A stretch of DNA of 64,000 nucleotides from an uncultured archaeon (GTDB lineage Archaea > Asgardarchaeota > Lokiarchaeia > Sigyniarchaeales > SOKP01), in contig CAZWEM010000011.1 in NCBI GenBank assembly GCA_964632315.1, forward strand, positions 1 to 64,000, given 5' to 3'. A program made the translations under genes and the position numbers. The notes beneath the pieces are model-generated. The model worked only from the letters and a program-made list of their open reading frames with translations, was not told the DNA's origin and made no database searches. Numbering within the stretch: position 1 is the stretch's first letter; every line of letters starts with the position of its first letter. Of the stretch, positions 31,471 to 39,575 are shown one piece after another.

Positions 31471-32274
31471 ATGAAAATTGCCGTTAGCGGAAAAGGAGGA
31501 GTTGGAAAAACTTTAGTGGCAGGAACTCTTGCGAGACTCTTTGCAAATGATGGATTTAAAGTTCTAGCTATAGATAATGATTCAGCAATGAATCTAAGCT
31601 ACACTTTAGGGATAGATGAAGAAACTAAAAATAAAATTGTACCTATTTCAGAAATGAAGGAGATGATTCAAGAACGTACAAATGTTCCCGGAGCAGGGTC
31701 AGGAGTATATAATATAAATCCAGAGGTTTCAGATATTCCAGATAGATATAAGGTAAAGGGTCCAGATGGTTTAGAATTATTAGTTCTTGGAGGCATCCAA
31801 GAGCCTGCAACGGGCTGCCTATGCCCGGAAAATGCCCTAATCCGCACTCTATTATATAATCTTTTTGTTAAAAGGGATGAAGTAGTCATTGTCGATTTCG
31901 AGGCGGGATTGGAACATCTCGGTAGAGGTACAGCAAAAGGAATTGATGTTATGCTAGTAGTTTCCGAACCTTCTCAAAAGGCACTAGATTTAAGCTTAAA
32001 AATCATCCAACTTTCAAAGAAGTTAGGTATAATTAACATTTACCTCATTGCGAATAAGCTTATTGATGAGCAGCAATTAGATGTTGTAAATGAATTAATA
32101 AAAGATTGGAACGTTCCCTTATTTCATTCAATACCTTATGATACCGAGATTGGAAAAGCGGATCTTAAAGCAATACCACCATTAGATTATGCTCCAGATT
32201 CACGAGCTATAAAATCATTAGAGAATCTCTATCAAAAACTTAAAGAACTGAAAACAACACTTTTCGACCTTTAA
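31471..32274 (+). CDS. cooC: CooC/AcsF-type nickel-insertion ATPase
   Basis: KIAVSGKGGVGKT, GCLCPEN, DFEAGLEHLGRGTA. Confidence 0.9.
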   Translation: MKIAVSGKGGVGKTLVAGTLARLFANDGFKVLAIDNDSAMNLSYTLGIDEETKNKIVPISEMKEMIQERTNVPGAGSGVYNINPEVSDIPDRYKVKGPDGLELLVLGGIQEPATGCLCPENALIRTLLYNLFVKRDEVVIVDFEAGLEHLGRGTAKGIDVMLVVSEPSQKALDLSLKIIQLSKKLGIINIYLIANKLIDEQQLDVVNELIKDWNVPLFHSIPYDTEIGKADLKAIPPLDYAPDSRAIKSLENLYQKLKELKTTLFDL

Positions 32275-32399
32275 CTCTCATTTTAAATTGAATCTATATA
32301 GCCTATATAGCTATCTTTTTTTAATCTCCTTTTTTCATGGAAGATTGGAGAAATCCAATAAATAATTTTAAATTAATATAAGGAGGGATTAAAAAAAGG

Positions 32400-32585
32400 A
32401 TGGTAAAGAAAAAGGAAAATTTACTCGCATTCGGAATGTTCTGCTTGATAATAGCCTTTGCCATTGAAATATTAGGAAATGAACAAGTAATTATTAATCT
32501 TTTTGCTTTAGCTTTTATATTGATAGCAATGATCACAAATGCGATTTACATTGTTGAAGCATCTTTTAATAAGAAAAAGAAGTAG
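32400..32585 (+). CDS. Small 2-TM membrane protein
   Basis: 61 aa, two hydrophobic helices, basic ends. Confidence 0.6.
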   Translation: MVKKKENLLAFGMFCLIIAFAIEILGNEQVIINLFALAFILIAMITNAIYIVEASFNKKKK

Positions 32586-32605
32586 TTTTCAAAATAAAGT
32601 CATAA

Positions 32606-32848
32606 CTAAATAACATCAGATAAATTCATGTCTTGATCTTGAGCGATTTCTTTCCATTGTTCAATTGCTTCTAACGCATCCTTTTCATCCATTTGTTCAA
32701 TCGCGTACCCCGCATGAACTATGACATATTTCCCGACTTTAGGATTCATAATTAACGCAATAATTACATTTTGTTGGATTCCATCAAAATCAACTAAAGC
32801 AGAATTTCCTTCTATGCTTAAAATTTTACCAGGGATTGCGAGACACAT
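32606..32848 (-). CDS. hypC: Hydrogenase maturation chaperone HypC
   Basis: MCLAIPGK...VGKYVIVHAGYAI. Confidence 0.95.
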   Translation of the reverse strand: MCLAIPGKILSIEGNSALVDFDGIQQNVIIALIMNPKVGKYVIVHAGYAIEQMDEKDALEAIEQWKEIAQDQDMNLSDVI

Positions 32849-32967
32849 AAAATTTAACTACCTTTTATTTTATTATTCAAAGTTTTTTGAATTTAAAAAA
32901 ACTAATGTTTATTAAGATTAATAATTGGTTTTAAGTTAACACTACACTCTTTATGTGATGAACGCCT

Positions 32968-33522
32968 ATGTTTATAGATAAACTAAAAGAAAGCCCAAAA
33001 AGCAGGTCTCTAATCATCTTATTCATCGGAGGATTTCTCATTTTTGTATTAATAAATTTATTAGTATTTCAGCCTCTTGGACAAATTGTTCAAGGCAAAA
33101 GTATATTGGATTTTGAGTTTGCATGGGTTCCTGAACAAGTCCTCGTGATATTTGCCACGTGGGGGGAAGAAGGTATGATTCTGCAAACAGTAGGGGTATT
33201 TTGGGACTACTTTTATATAGTCGGATACGTAATGTTTGCATTCAGCGGCATTTTGCTAGTTGCAAGAGAACTTTCTGGAAAATGGCAAACGATTGGATTA
33301 TACGTCAGTCTTGTGGCAATTTTGGCAGGATTATTTGATGTGGTTGAAAATATCATTCTGCTCACGATGTTAAATGTACCAAGTACCGTCATCTCTATTC
33401 TTCCTGCTACAGCAGGAATTATGGCGACTCTGAAATTCGGTGGGATCTTTGTTGCCTTAATCTATTTCATTCCAGGCTTAATTGGAGTGGTTATCAAGAT
33501 GATCAAAGATAGAACAGTATAA
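32968..33522 (+). CDS. Hypothetical membrane protein
   Basis: ILDFEFA, DYFYIVGY, FDVVEN, LKF; 4 TM. Confidence 0.7.
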   Translation: MFIDKLKESPKSRSLIILFIGGFLIFVLINLLVFQPLGQIVQGKSILDFEFAWVPEQVLVIFATWGEEGMILQTVGVFWDYFYIVGYVMFAFSGILLVARELSGKWQTIGLYVSLVAILAGLFDVVENIILLTMLNVPSTVISILPATAGIMATLKFGGIFVALIYFIPGLIGVVIKMIKDRTV

Positions 33523-33542
33523 ATCTTCCTTTTTTCTCATTT

Positions 33543-34322
33543 TTAAATTGAATAATATTGAATAATATTATCGATCCAGTTAAAGATCTCATCTTTACTC
33601 AAATTATCAATATTGAACTTTAACCTTTCTAATTCCTTTAAGATTGACCTCAAATCAATTGGGACCGTTTTTTCAGAAAGTTCGAAAAGAAATTCGTTCG
33701 TTTTGGCGATCACGCTTTTAATTCCCGCCACGCACGATTCATAGATTGGATTCGTATCGAAGTCACAAAGAGTATTAATCAAGCTGAAAAGCATTTCGGT
33801 TTTATTCCCCTTGAAGGAATGATCAAAATGATAATAATATCCGTGGGGTTGATCATCTAAAGGAATTAATTCTCCATACTTGTTATCAATTCGGATGATG
33901 GATTTCACATTTTTAAACAGTAATGAGGGCATCCACGTGAAAATTTGAAAGCTTGATTCATATTTTTTGCAGGATACCGTTAGATACATCCTATTATCTT
34001 CTTTAAATTGCCCAAATGGTAGGATTCCAAAATCTACCGATTGAAATTCCTCATTAGGATTTAGCTGTACTTCTAATCCCTCAATATTATGAATACTATC
34101 TACTTTATGATCGATCACGTCAAATACAAGTCTATTATCACTAACTCGATAAATATAAAATAATAACCCCTCAAATCCCGTTAATTCTAACTTAATCGAA
34201 AATTCCAAGAATTCTTTCAGATTATTTTGCTTATCGAACTTAATATCCAAGAAGAAGTGCACATAATGCTCTGCGAACTGAAAGAACCAAGGTGGTGGAC
34301 GATTATAGGAAAAACTTATCAA
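33543..34322 (-). CDS. Hypothetical protein; likely true start TTG at 34360 with a 1-nt deletion in the A run at ~34323-34327
   Basis: 259-aa ORF; upstream out-of-frame MTSKFNNIRGLK preceded by GAGGT. Confidence 0.6.
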   Translation of the reverse strand: MISFSYNRPPPWFFQFAEHYVHFFLDIKFDKQNNLKEFLEFSIKLELTGFEGLLFYIYRVSDNRLVFDVIDHKVDSIHNIEGLEVQLNPNEEFQSVDFGILPFGQFKEDNRMYLTVSCKKYESSFQIFTWMPSLLFKNVKSIIRIDNKYGELIPLDDQPHGYYYHFDHSFKGNKTEMLFSLINTLCDFDTNPIYESCVAGIKSVIAKTNEFLFELSEKTVPIDLRSILKELERLKFNIDNLSKDEIFNWIDNIIQYYSI

Positions 34323-34623
34323 TTTTTAAGACCTCGAATGTTATTGAATTTGCTTGTCAATATTCAACCTCTAAATCCCAGTATAGTTACTCAAGTGAGA
34401 TTCATAATTAAAAATGGCTCGTATATATATAAATCTTTCATGTTCGTAGATTTCACGGGAAAATAAGAAATACAATATTATGAAATCTAATCTTCTGATT
34501 AAAAACTCAACATGATGGAAAATCAATATTTTTAACCATTTGGGGTGAGTACTACAATCTTTTATGGTAAATTTAAATTTGATAAAATAATTGTGATTAA
34601 TTAATTATTTAAAAAAGGTCAAC

Positions 34624-36537
34624 ATGACAGAAAATAATATATCCCCTTACCTGGATAATTTAAAGAAATATCAAAAGAAACAACTTAAACCTTATGATGC
34701 TCTAGAGAAATTTATCCAACCAGGGGATCGAATTTTTATAGATTCGGGTTGCTCTGAACCTTTAGAACTTACGAAAAGTTTGATTGATTTAGGGATTGAA
34801 TTTCAAGATACAGAGATAATTCATTTTCTTAGCCTTTCAGATCTCGATTATTATAAATATTGTTGTGGAACCGAGGACTTATATCGACATAATGTGTTTT
34901 TTATAAGTAAAAGCTTGAGAAACGCCGTGAATGAGGGATTTGCTGATTATACACCGATGCTCTTGTCTGATATTCCAACAATCTTCAAACGTGGGCAAAT
35001 GAACGTAAAAACAGCCCTGATTCAATTAAGTCCTCCCGATAAATATGGTTTTTGTAGTTATGGTATCAATGTAGATGTTGCAAAAACCATTACTGAGGTT
35101 GCGGATAATGTAATAGCTCAAATTAATCCACGAATGCCTCGTACGCTAGGCGATTCTTTCATACACATGGATAAGATTGACGCGTTTTTCGTCTCAAATC
35201 AGGAAATACAAGAATTTACTTACCCACCAGAAAGTAAAACAACTGAGGAAATATGCCAAAAAGTAAGCACTCTTATAGATGATGGTTCTACCATCCAATT
35301 AGGAATTGGGAAAGTTCCTAATGCTTTACCTAAATATTTAGAAATGAAAAAAGACTTGGGGGTACATAGTGAAGTGTTCTCAGATGGCGTGGTTGATCTC
35401 GTAGAAAAAGGAGTAATTACCTGTGAGAAAAAGAATCTCCACCAAGGTAAAATCATCACATCTTTTGTAATGGGTTCTCGTCGTCTTTATGATTTTGTAG
35501 ATGATAATCCATTCGTAGAATTTCACCCTAGCATCTATGTTAATGATCCAAATGTTATTTGTCAGAATAACAGCCAAGTTGCTGTAAACGCTGCAATTTC
35601 CGTTGACCTCACGGGACAAGTTAACGCTGATTCAATAGGGACGACTTTTTTTAGTGGAATTGGGGGTCAAGTAGATTTCATGAGAGGCGCATCCCGTTCT
35701 GTAGAGGGAAAACCAATCACGGTATTACCAAGTACGGCCACTCTTAGCAATGGTAAAGTAGTATCTAGGATTGTTCCTTATTTTGAGCATGGAACGGGAG
35801 TAGTAATAACTCGAGGGGATGTTCATTATGTTGTAACAGAATGGGGCATTGCTTATCTCTTTGGTAAGAGCATTCGAGAAAGAGTCATGCAATTAATTAA
35901 TATTGCTCACCCAGATTTTAGAGAATCCCTATTGAGATATGCTAAGAAGTGTAAATATATATATTCTGATCAATTATTACCAAAATCTGTTGATGGAAAG
36001 ATAGTTATTTATCCTGAAAAATACGAAAAAACCGTGAAATTAAAAGATGGAAAAGTAGTCAAAATACGACCTATTCGTACCACTGATGAAAGAATGCTTC
36101 AAGAATTATACTATTCCATGGACGAGGAAGATAGATATCTCAGATTTTTCTCAACCAGCATGGAATTTGGTCATAAAAGAATTCAACCATTAGTAAATAT
36201 AGATTATACTAAAAATATGATTTTAGTCGCAGAGGATATTGAAAATGAGCCACCAAAAATAATTGCATCTAGCGGTCTCTTAAAATCCAATGAACCTTTT
36301 TCGGCAGAAATGGCTATAGTGGTACACAAGAAATGGCGTAAAAGAGGGATAGGAATAGAATTATTAGAAATGTTATTAGATATCGCAAAGGAATTTAAAT
36401 ACAAATTCCTCTCAGGATCGATTCTGATTGAAAATGAACCGATGATTCACATTCTTAACGAAACGGACATACCTGTCAAATATAAACGGATTGAAAATGG
36501 AGTTCTGGAGTTTTCTTATGATATCACAACGTATTAA
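34624..36537 (+). CDS. Acetyl-CoA hydrolase/CoA-transferase fused to a C-terminal GNAT domain
   Basis: IQLGIG, HSEVFSDG, SGIGGQVDFMRGA, VVTEWGIA; C-terminal IRPI...RYLRFF...WRKRGIG. Confidence 0.9.
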   Translation: MTENNISPYLDNLKKYQKKQLKPYDALEKFIQPGDRIFIDSGCSEPLELTKSLIDLGIEFQDTEIIHFLSLSDLDYYKYCCGTEDLYRHNVFFISKSLRNAVNEGFADYTPMLLSDIPTIFKRGQMNVKTALIQLSPPDKYGFCSYGINVDVAKTITEVADNVIAQINPRMPRTLGDSFIHMDKIDAFFVSNQEIQEFTYPPESKTTEEICQKVSTLIDDGSTIQLGIGKVPNALPKYLEMKKDLGVHSEVFSDGVVDLVEKGVITCEKKNLHQGKIITSFVMGSRRLYDFVDDNPFVEFHPSIYVNDPNVICQNNSQVAVNAAISVDLTGQVNADSIGTTFFSGIGGQVDFMRGASRSVEGKPITVLPSTATLSNGKVVSRIVPYFEHGTGVVITRGDVHYVVTEWGIAYLFGKSIRERVMQLINIAHPDFRESLLRYAKKCKYIYSDQLLPKSVDGKIVIYPEKYEKTVKLKDGKVVKIRPIRTTDERMLQELYYSMDEEDRYLRFFSTSMEFGHKRIQPLVNIDYTKNMILVAEDIENEPPKIIASSGLLKSNEPFSAEMAIVVHKKWRKRGIGIELLEMLLDIAKEFKYKFLSGSILIENEPMIHILNETDIPVKYKRIENGVLEFSYDITTY

Positions 36538-36580
36538 AAGATAATAGTAAAATAAAAAAAAATAAATAAATAGTTTTAAT

Positions 36581-37453
36581 TTAAAGATTCTCTATAACTG
36601 TTCCTCGTCGAGTTCGATGGAATTTCAGTCCAATTTCATCAGCACTGTAACCCATTGCCAAAGCAAGTAATTCCGTTACATATAAGATGGGAATACTATA
36701 CAATTGTTTCAAAGTTTTCTGTGTAAGTTGTTCAGAGTCCATTCTTTGAAAACATGCGGGACAATTAACAACTATACAATTAGCACCAGCTTTTTTAATT
36801 GAGTCTAATTTCTTATTTAAAATCGCATCTCCATGCTCTGGATATGCCCCAGCAACAGCATTTCCACAACATAATGCTAATTCATCATAATCAACTACAC
36901 TCGCTCCCGAAGCTTCAACTAGTTTTTTTAGGGTTGTAGGTCTCATCGGATCATCCGATTCCATCCATTCAGCAGGTCTCATGTAATGACATCCAGGATG
37001 GCATGCGACTTTTAACCCAGTAAGAGGTTTTGTCACTGCAGCCTTTACTTTATCGATGTTTTCTTTCAAAACATCAACAAAATGCCTTACATCAATTGTG
37101 CCCTTATACTCCTTTCCAATTTTGGATAATTCAGCATTCACCTTTTCCTTTTTCAAATTATCATGCTTTAATTGGTATCGAACACCTCGAAGCGTGTTAG
37201 TACAGCCATTACATAGGGAAATAATATCTTTCCCTTCGGCTTCTGCTAAGCATAAGTTCATCGCTCCGAGCGTTAACCAAGCGTCGTTATCAAAGCTTTT
37301 CATTCCTGTAGGATCGGGGCAACAACTGAAAGGTGCGTCTGACGTTTCAATATTCACCTTCTCAAAAACTTTTCTGGAGGCAGCTTCAATAAAGGGAATC
37401 CTATTCCCGATAGTACATCCTTCAAACATTTTATATTCTGTCATTTTTATCAT
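36581..37453 (-). CDS. hdrB: Heterodisulfide reductase subunit B
   Basis: Two CCG domains: GC..SCCP..CNGC and HPGCH..CCG..CPAC. Confidence 0.92.
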   Translation of the reverse strand: MIKMTEYKMFEGCTIGNRIPFIEAASRKVFEKVNIETSDAPFSCCPDPTGMKSFDNDAWLTLGAMNLCLAEAEGKDIISLCNGCTNTLRGVRYQLKHDNLKKEKVNAELSKIGKEYKGTIDVRHFVDVLKENIDKVKAAVTKPLTGLKVACHPGCHYMRPAEWMESDDPMRPTTLKKLVEASGASVVDYDELALCCGNAVAGAYPEHGDAILNKKLDSIKKAGANCIVVNCPACFQRMDSEQLTQKTLKQLYSIPILYVTELLALAMGYSADEIGLKFHRTRRGTVIENL

Positions 37454-37460
37454 TTCCTCC

Positions 37461-37973
37461 TTACTTTAGTTTTTTATCTGCACCAATTGCCTTTAGTAAA
37501 GATTGTACATCTTCGAGATTTGGCGCTTCCACTGCTGGTAATCCTAATTGCTCTCTCCTTCTCTCAATTGCTGGTTGAGAAGGGATAGCTTTAGCACTAT
37601 CAAATATCGCTTGAGCTTGACCATAAATACTATCCGGTGCTTTTCCTAGTTTAGTTGATTCGTTCTTTAAAAAGGTAAAAATCTCGGTTAGTTCGATATT
37701 CTGTGGACATAATTCATCACATGTATCGCATACAGTACAGCCCCAAATCGTTAAGGGATCGGCATCGAATATGGCGTCTTTATACCCTAATAATGCATTT
37801 AAAATATTAGACCTTGGATTATAGCCTGTGGTAGTGTAAAAATCCATCGAGACAGCGGCTACTGGACAGTTATCCGTGCACCTACTACATTGGTAGCAGT
37901 ATTTAATCACATCGTGCACGTGAAAGTCCATGACCTGCTTTCGAAATTCGAAATCTATAGACATTTTTTTCAC
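37461..37973 (-). CDS. hdrC: Heterodisulfide reductase subunit C
   Basis: CYQCSRCTDNCP and WGCTVCDTCDELCPQ 2x[4Fe-4S]; adjacent to hdrB. Confidence 0.92.
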   Translation of the reverse strand: MKKMSIDFEFRKQVMDFHVHDVIKYCYQCSRCTDNCPVAAVSMDFYTTTGYNPRSNILNALLGYKDAIFDADPLTIWGCTVCDTCDELCPQNIELTEIFTFLKNESTKLGKAPDSIYGQAQAIFDSAKAIPSQPAIERRREQLGLPAVEAPNLEDVQSLLKAIGADKKLK

Positions 37974-38012
37974 ACTTTTTTTTGATTTTTTTCCAATTTA
38001 TTTCATATTTTT

Positions 38013-38084
38013 ATTGGCTTTTACCTTGCAAGGTTAGTCATGACCAGTCTCGTTTTTTTACTGGTTCATTCATCCTAAGCCAAC
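38013..38084 (-). promoter_or_regulatory. Eukaryote-like SECIS element of vhuU
   Basis: mRNA GG-AUGA-AUGAACCAGU-AAAAAAACGAG-ACUGGUCAU-GA-CU: AUGA/GA core, 9-bp helix II with one bulge, apical adenosines; basal GUUGGCUU/AAGCCAAU helix. Confidence 0.8.
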
Positions 38085-38222
38085 ATTCAGCTTGCGGGAA
38101 TATATCTCCTCGCCGTCCTCTTTGGTCACGGTAATGTGGGCGGCACACGATAGTCAGCAATCAAAACATCTGACTACCATTTCGAGGAGGTTTACCATTC
38201 CCTCCGGTATTTCTTCACTCAC
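38070..38222 (-). CDS. vhuU: Selenoprotein VhuU (separately encoded C-terminal Ni-binding peptide of the hydrogenase large subunit); Sec UGA at 38156-38154
   Basis: Manual translation GTG..TGA: MSEEIPEGMVNLLEMVVRCFDC-U-LSCAAHITVTKEDGEEIYSRKLNVGLG; supplies the L2 motif missing from the upstream large subunit; SECIS follows. Confidence 0.92.
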
Positions 38223-38256
38223 TTTTTCTTCACGTTTTAAATTTTTTGAATTAGGT

Positions 38257-39564
38257 TTATTTAATCCAAGGATCGGGTAACTTTAATCCTTCCAACGCCT
38301 TATCTTCAAACACTTGTTTAGCAACGTGCATTAAGGTTTTTTCAATGCCCGCAATGTTATGATTGGTCGCTACCAAGAGATTTGCCTTCTTGCAGATTCC
38401 ATCATTGTCGGACCAAATGTTATAGAGTAAAAGACCTCGAGGAGCCTCTGTGACTCCTACACCTTGTCCTTCTCTTGGTTCAACATCTAATGTCTTACAA
38501 TCAGGGTTAACGATATCAGGATCTTGCAATAAAGTAGCGATTACCTCAATTGATTCAACCAATTCGATTAATCGGGCCCAATGATACGCAAAAGTATGGT
38601 GAATTACATCAGTTCCAACTTTTGCTCTCATTGCCTTTAATGCCTCATCTGCTAATGGAGTCGCCATTTTGTCAGCACAATTTAACATTGCTAATGTATT
38701 TGCACGATAAATTCCCTCTGGATAGCCTGCGGGTTTGTAATACATATGCGTTGCATAACTGTGGGGTGGAATGTGTTCTCCTAATGCGTCAAGGTAATTC
38801 TGTGGAGCATAATCAATCTTTTTACCGTCTGGAGTGACGATTCGGATGTCTCCATCATAAATATCATGAACTCCATTCTTAGTCATTCCCACATAATAAG
38901 TGGGAACAACTCCTACGTTTGCTACGACATCCCAATAATCTTCGACTACCTTTAACCCAATCTCGACAGTCTTTTTTGACCATTCAACCTGATCTTCAAT
39001 CTGTTTCAGAAATTTATCTCGAGCATCTTCATCCATCGGTTTTTTCATCCCGCCAACGATTGCACTAATGGGATGGACCGATTTACCGCCAATTTCAGCA
39101 CATAGCTTCTGCCCGAAGTCCATCATTTTCAGAGCCATTGCTCCGACATCAGGCATTTTATTAATAACGTGCACCACATTCCTTAAAGCTGGATCCGCAA
39201 ACGGGCCCAACAAAAAGTCGGGTGCCGCTAATGCGTAAAAGTGAAGCGCGTGCGATGAATATTGTTTCGCATTTTGTAAAAGTTGTCGTAACTTATATGC
39301 TGGTTCGGGTATCTCGACCTTCCATGCATCTTCTACAGCCTTAGTAGGCGTTAGATGATGAGGAATAGGACAAATACCGCAAATTCTTGGCGTGATTCTA
39401 GGGATGTGCTCACAATAACGACCTTCCACAAACTTTTCGAAAAATCGGGTAGATTGAATGTTGAATTGAACGTCCTTTACCGTACCATCATCACCTAGAG
39501 TTAAATGGAGAGCACCATGGCCTTCCAATCTAGTGACTGGTTCAACTTCTATTTCTTTTACCAT
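38257..39564 (-). CDS. vhuA: Group 3c [NiFe(Se)] hydrogenase large subunit, lacking C-terminal L2 motif
   Basis: PVTRLEGHG, PRICGICPIPHH (L1), HFYALAAPDF, EAPRG; ends without DPCxxC. Confidence 0.93.
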   Translation of the reverse strand: MVKEIEVEPVTRLEGHGALHLTLGDDGTVKDVQFNIQSTRFFEKFVEGRYCEHIPRITPRICGICPIPHHLTPTKAVEDAWKVEIPEPAYKLRQLLQNAKQYSSHALHFYALAAPDFLLGPFADPALRNVVHVINKMPDVGAMALKMMDFGQKLCAEIGGKSVHPISAIVGGMKKPMDEDARDKFLKQIEDQVEWSKKTVEIGLKVVEDYWDVVANVGVVPTYYVGMTKNGVHDIYDGDIRIVTPDGKKIDYAPQNYLDALGEHIPPHSYATHMYYKPAGYPEGIYRANTLAMLNCADKMATPLADEALKAMRAKVGTDVIHHTFAYHWARLIELVESIEVIATLLQDPDIVNPDCKTLDVEPREGQGVGVTEAPRGLLLYNIWSDNDGICKKANLLVATNHNIAGIEKTLMHVAKQVFEDKALEGLKLPDPWIK

Positions 39565-39575
39565 ATTTTTTTCAC

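Noticed and set aside
36700-36755. Stem in hdrB (TTTCAAAG/CTTTGAAA) as a hidden intron
   Set aside because: No BHB geometry; protein length matches normal HdrB
38092-38280. Plus-strand 62-aa ORF in the ORF track
   Set aside because: Antisense shadow of vhuU/vhuA
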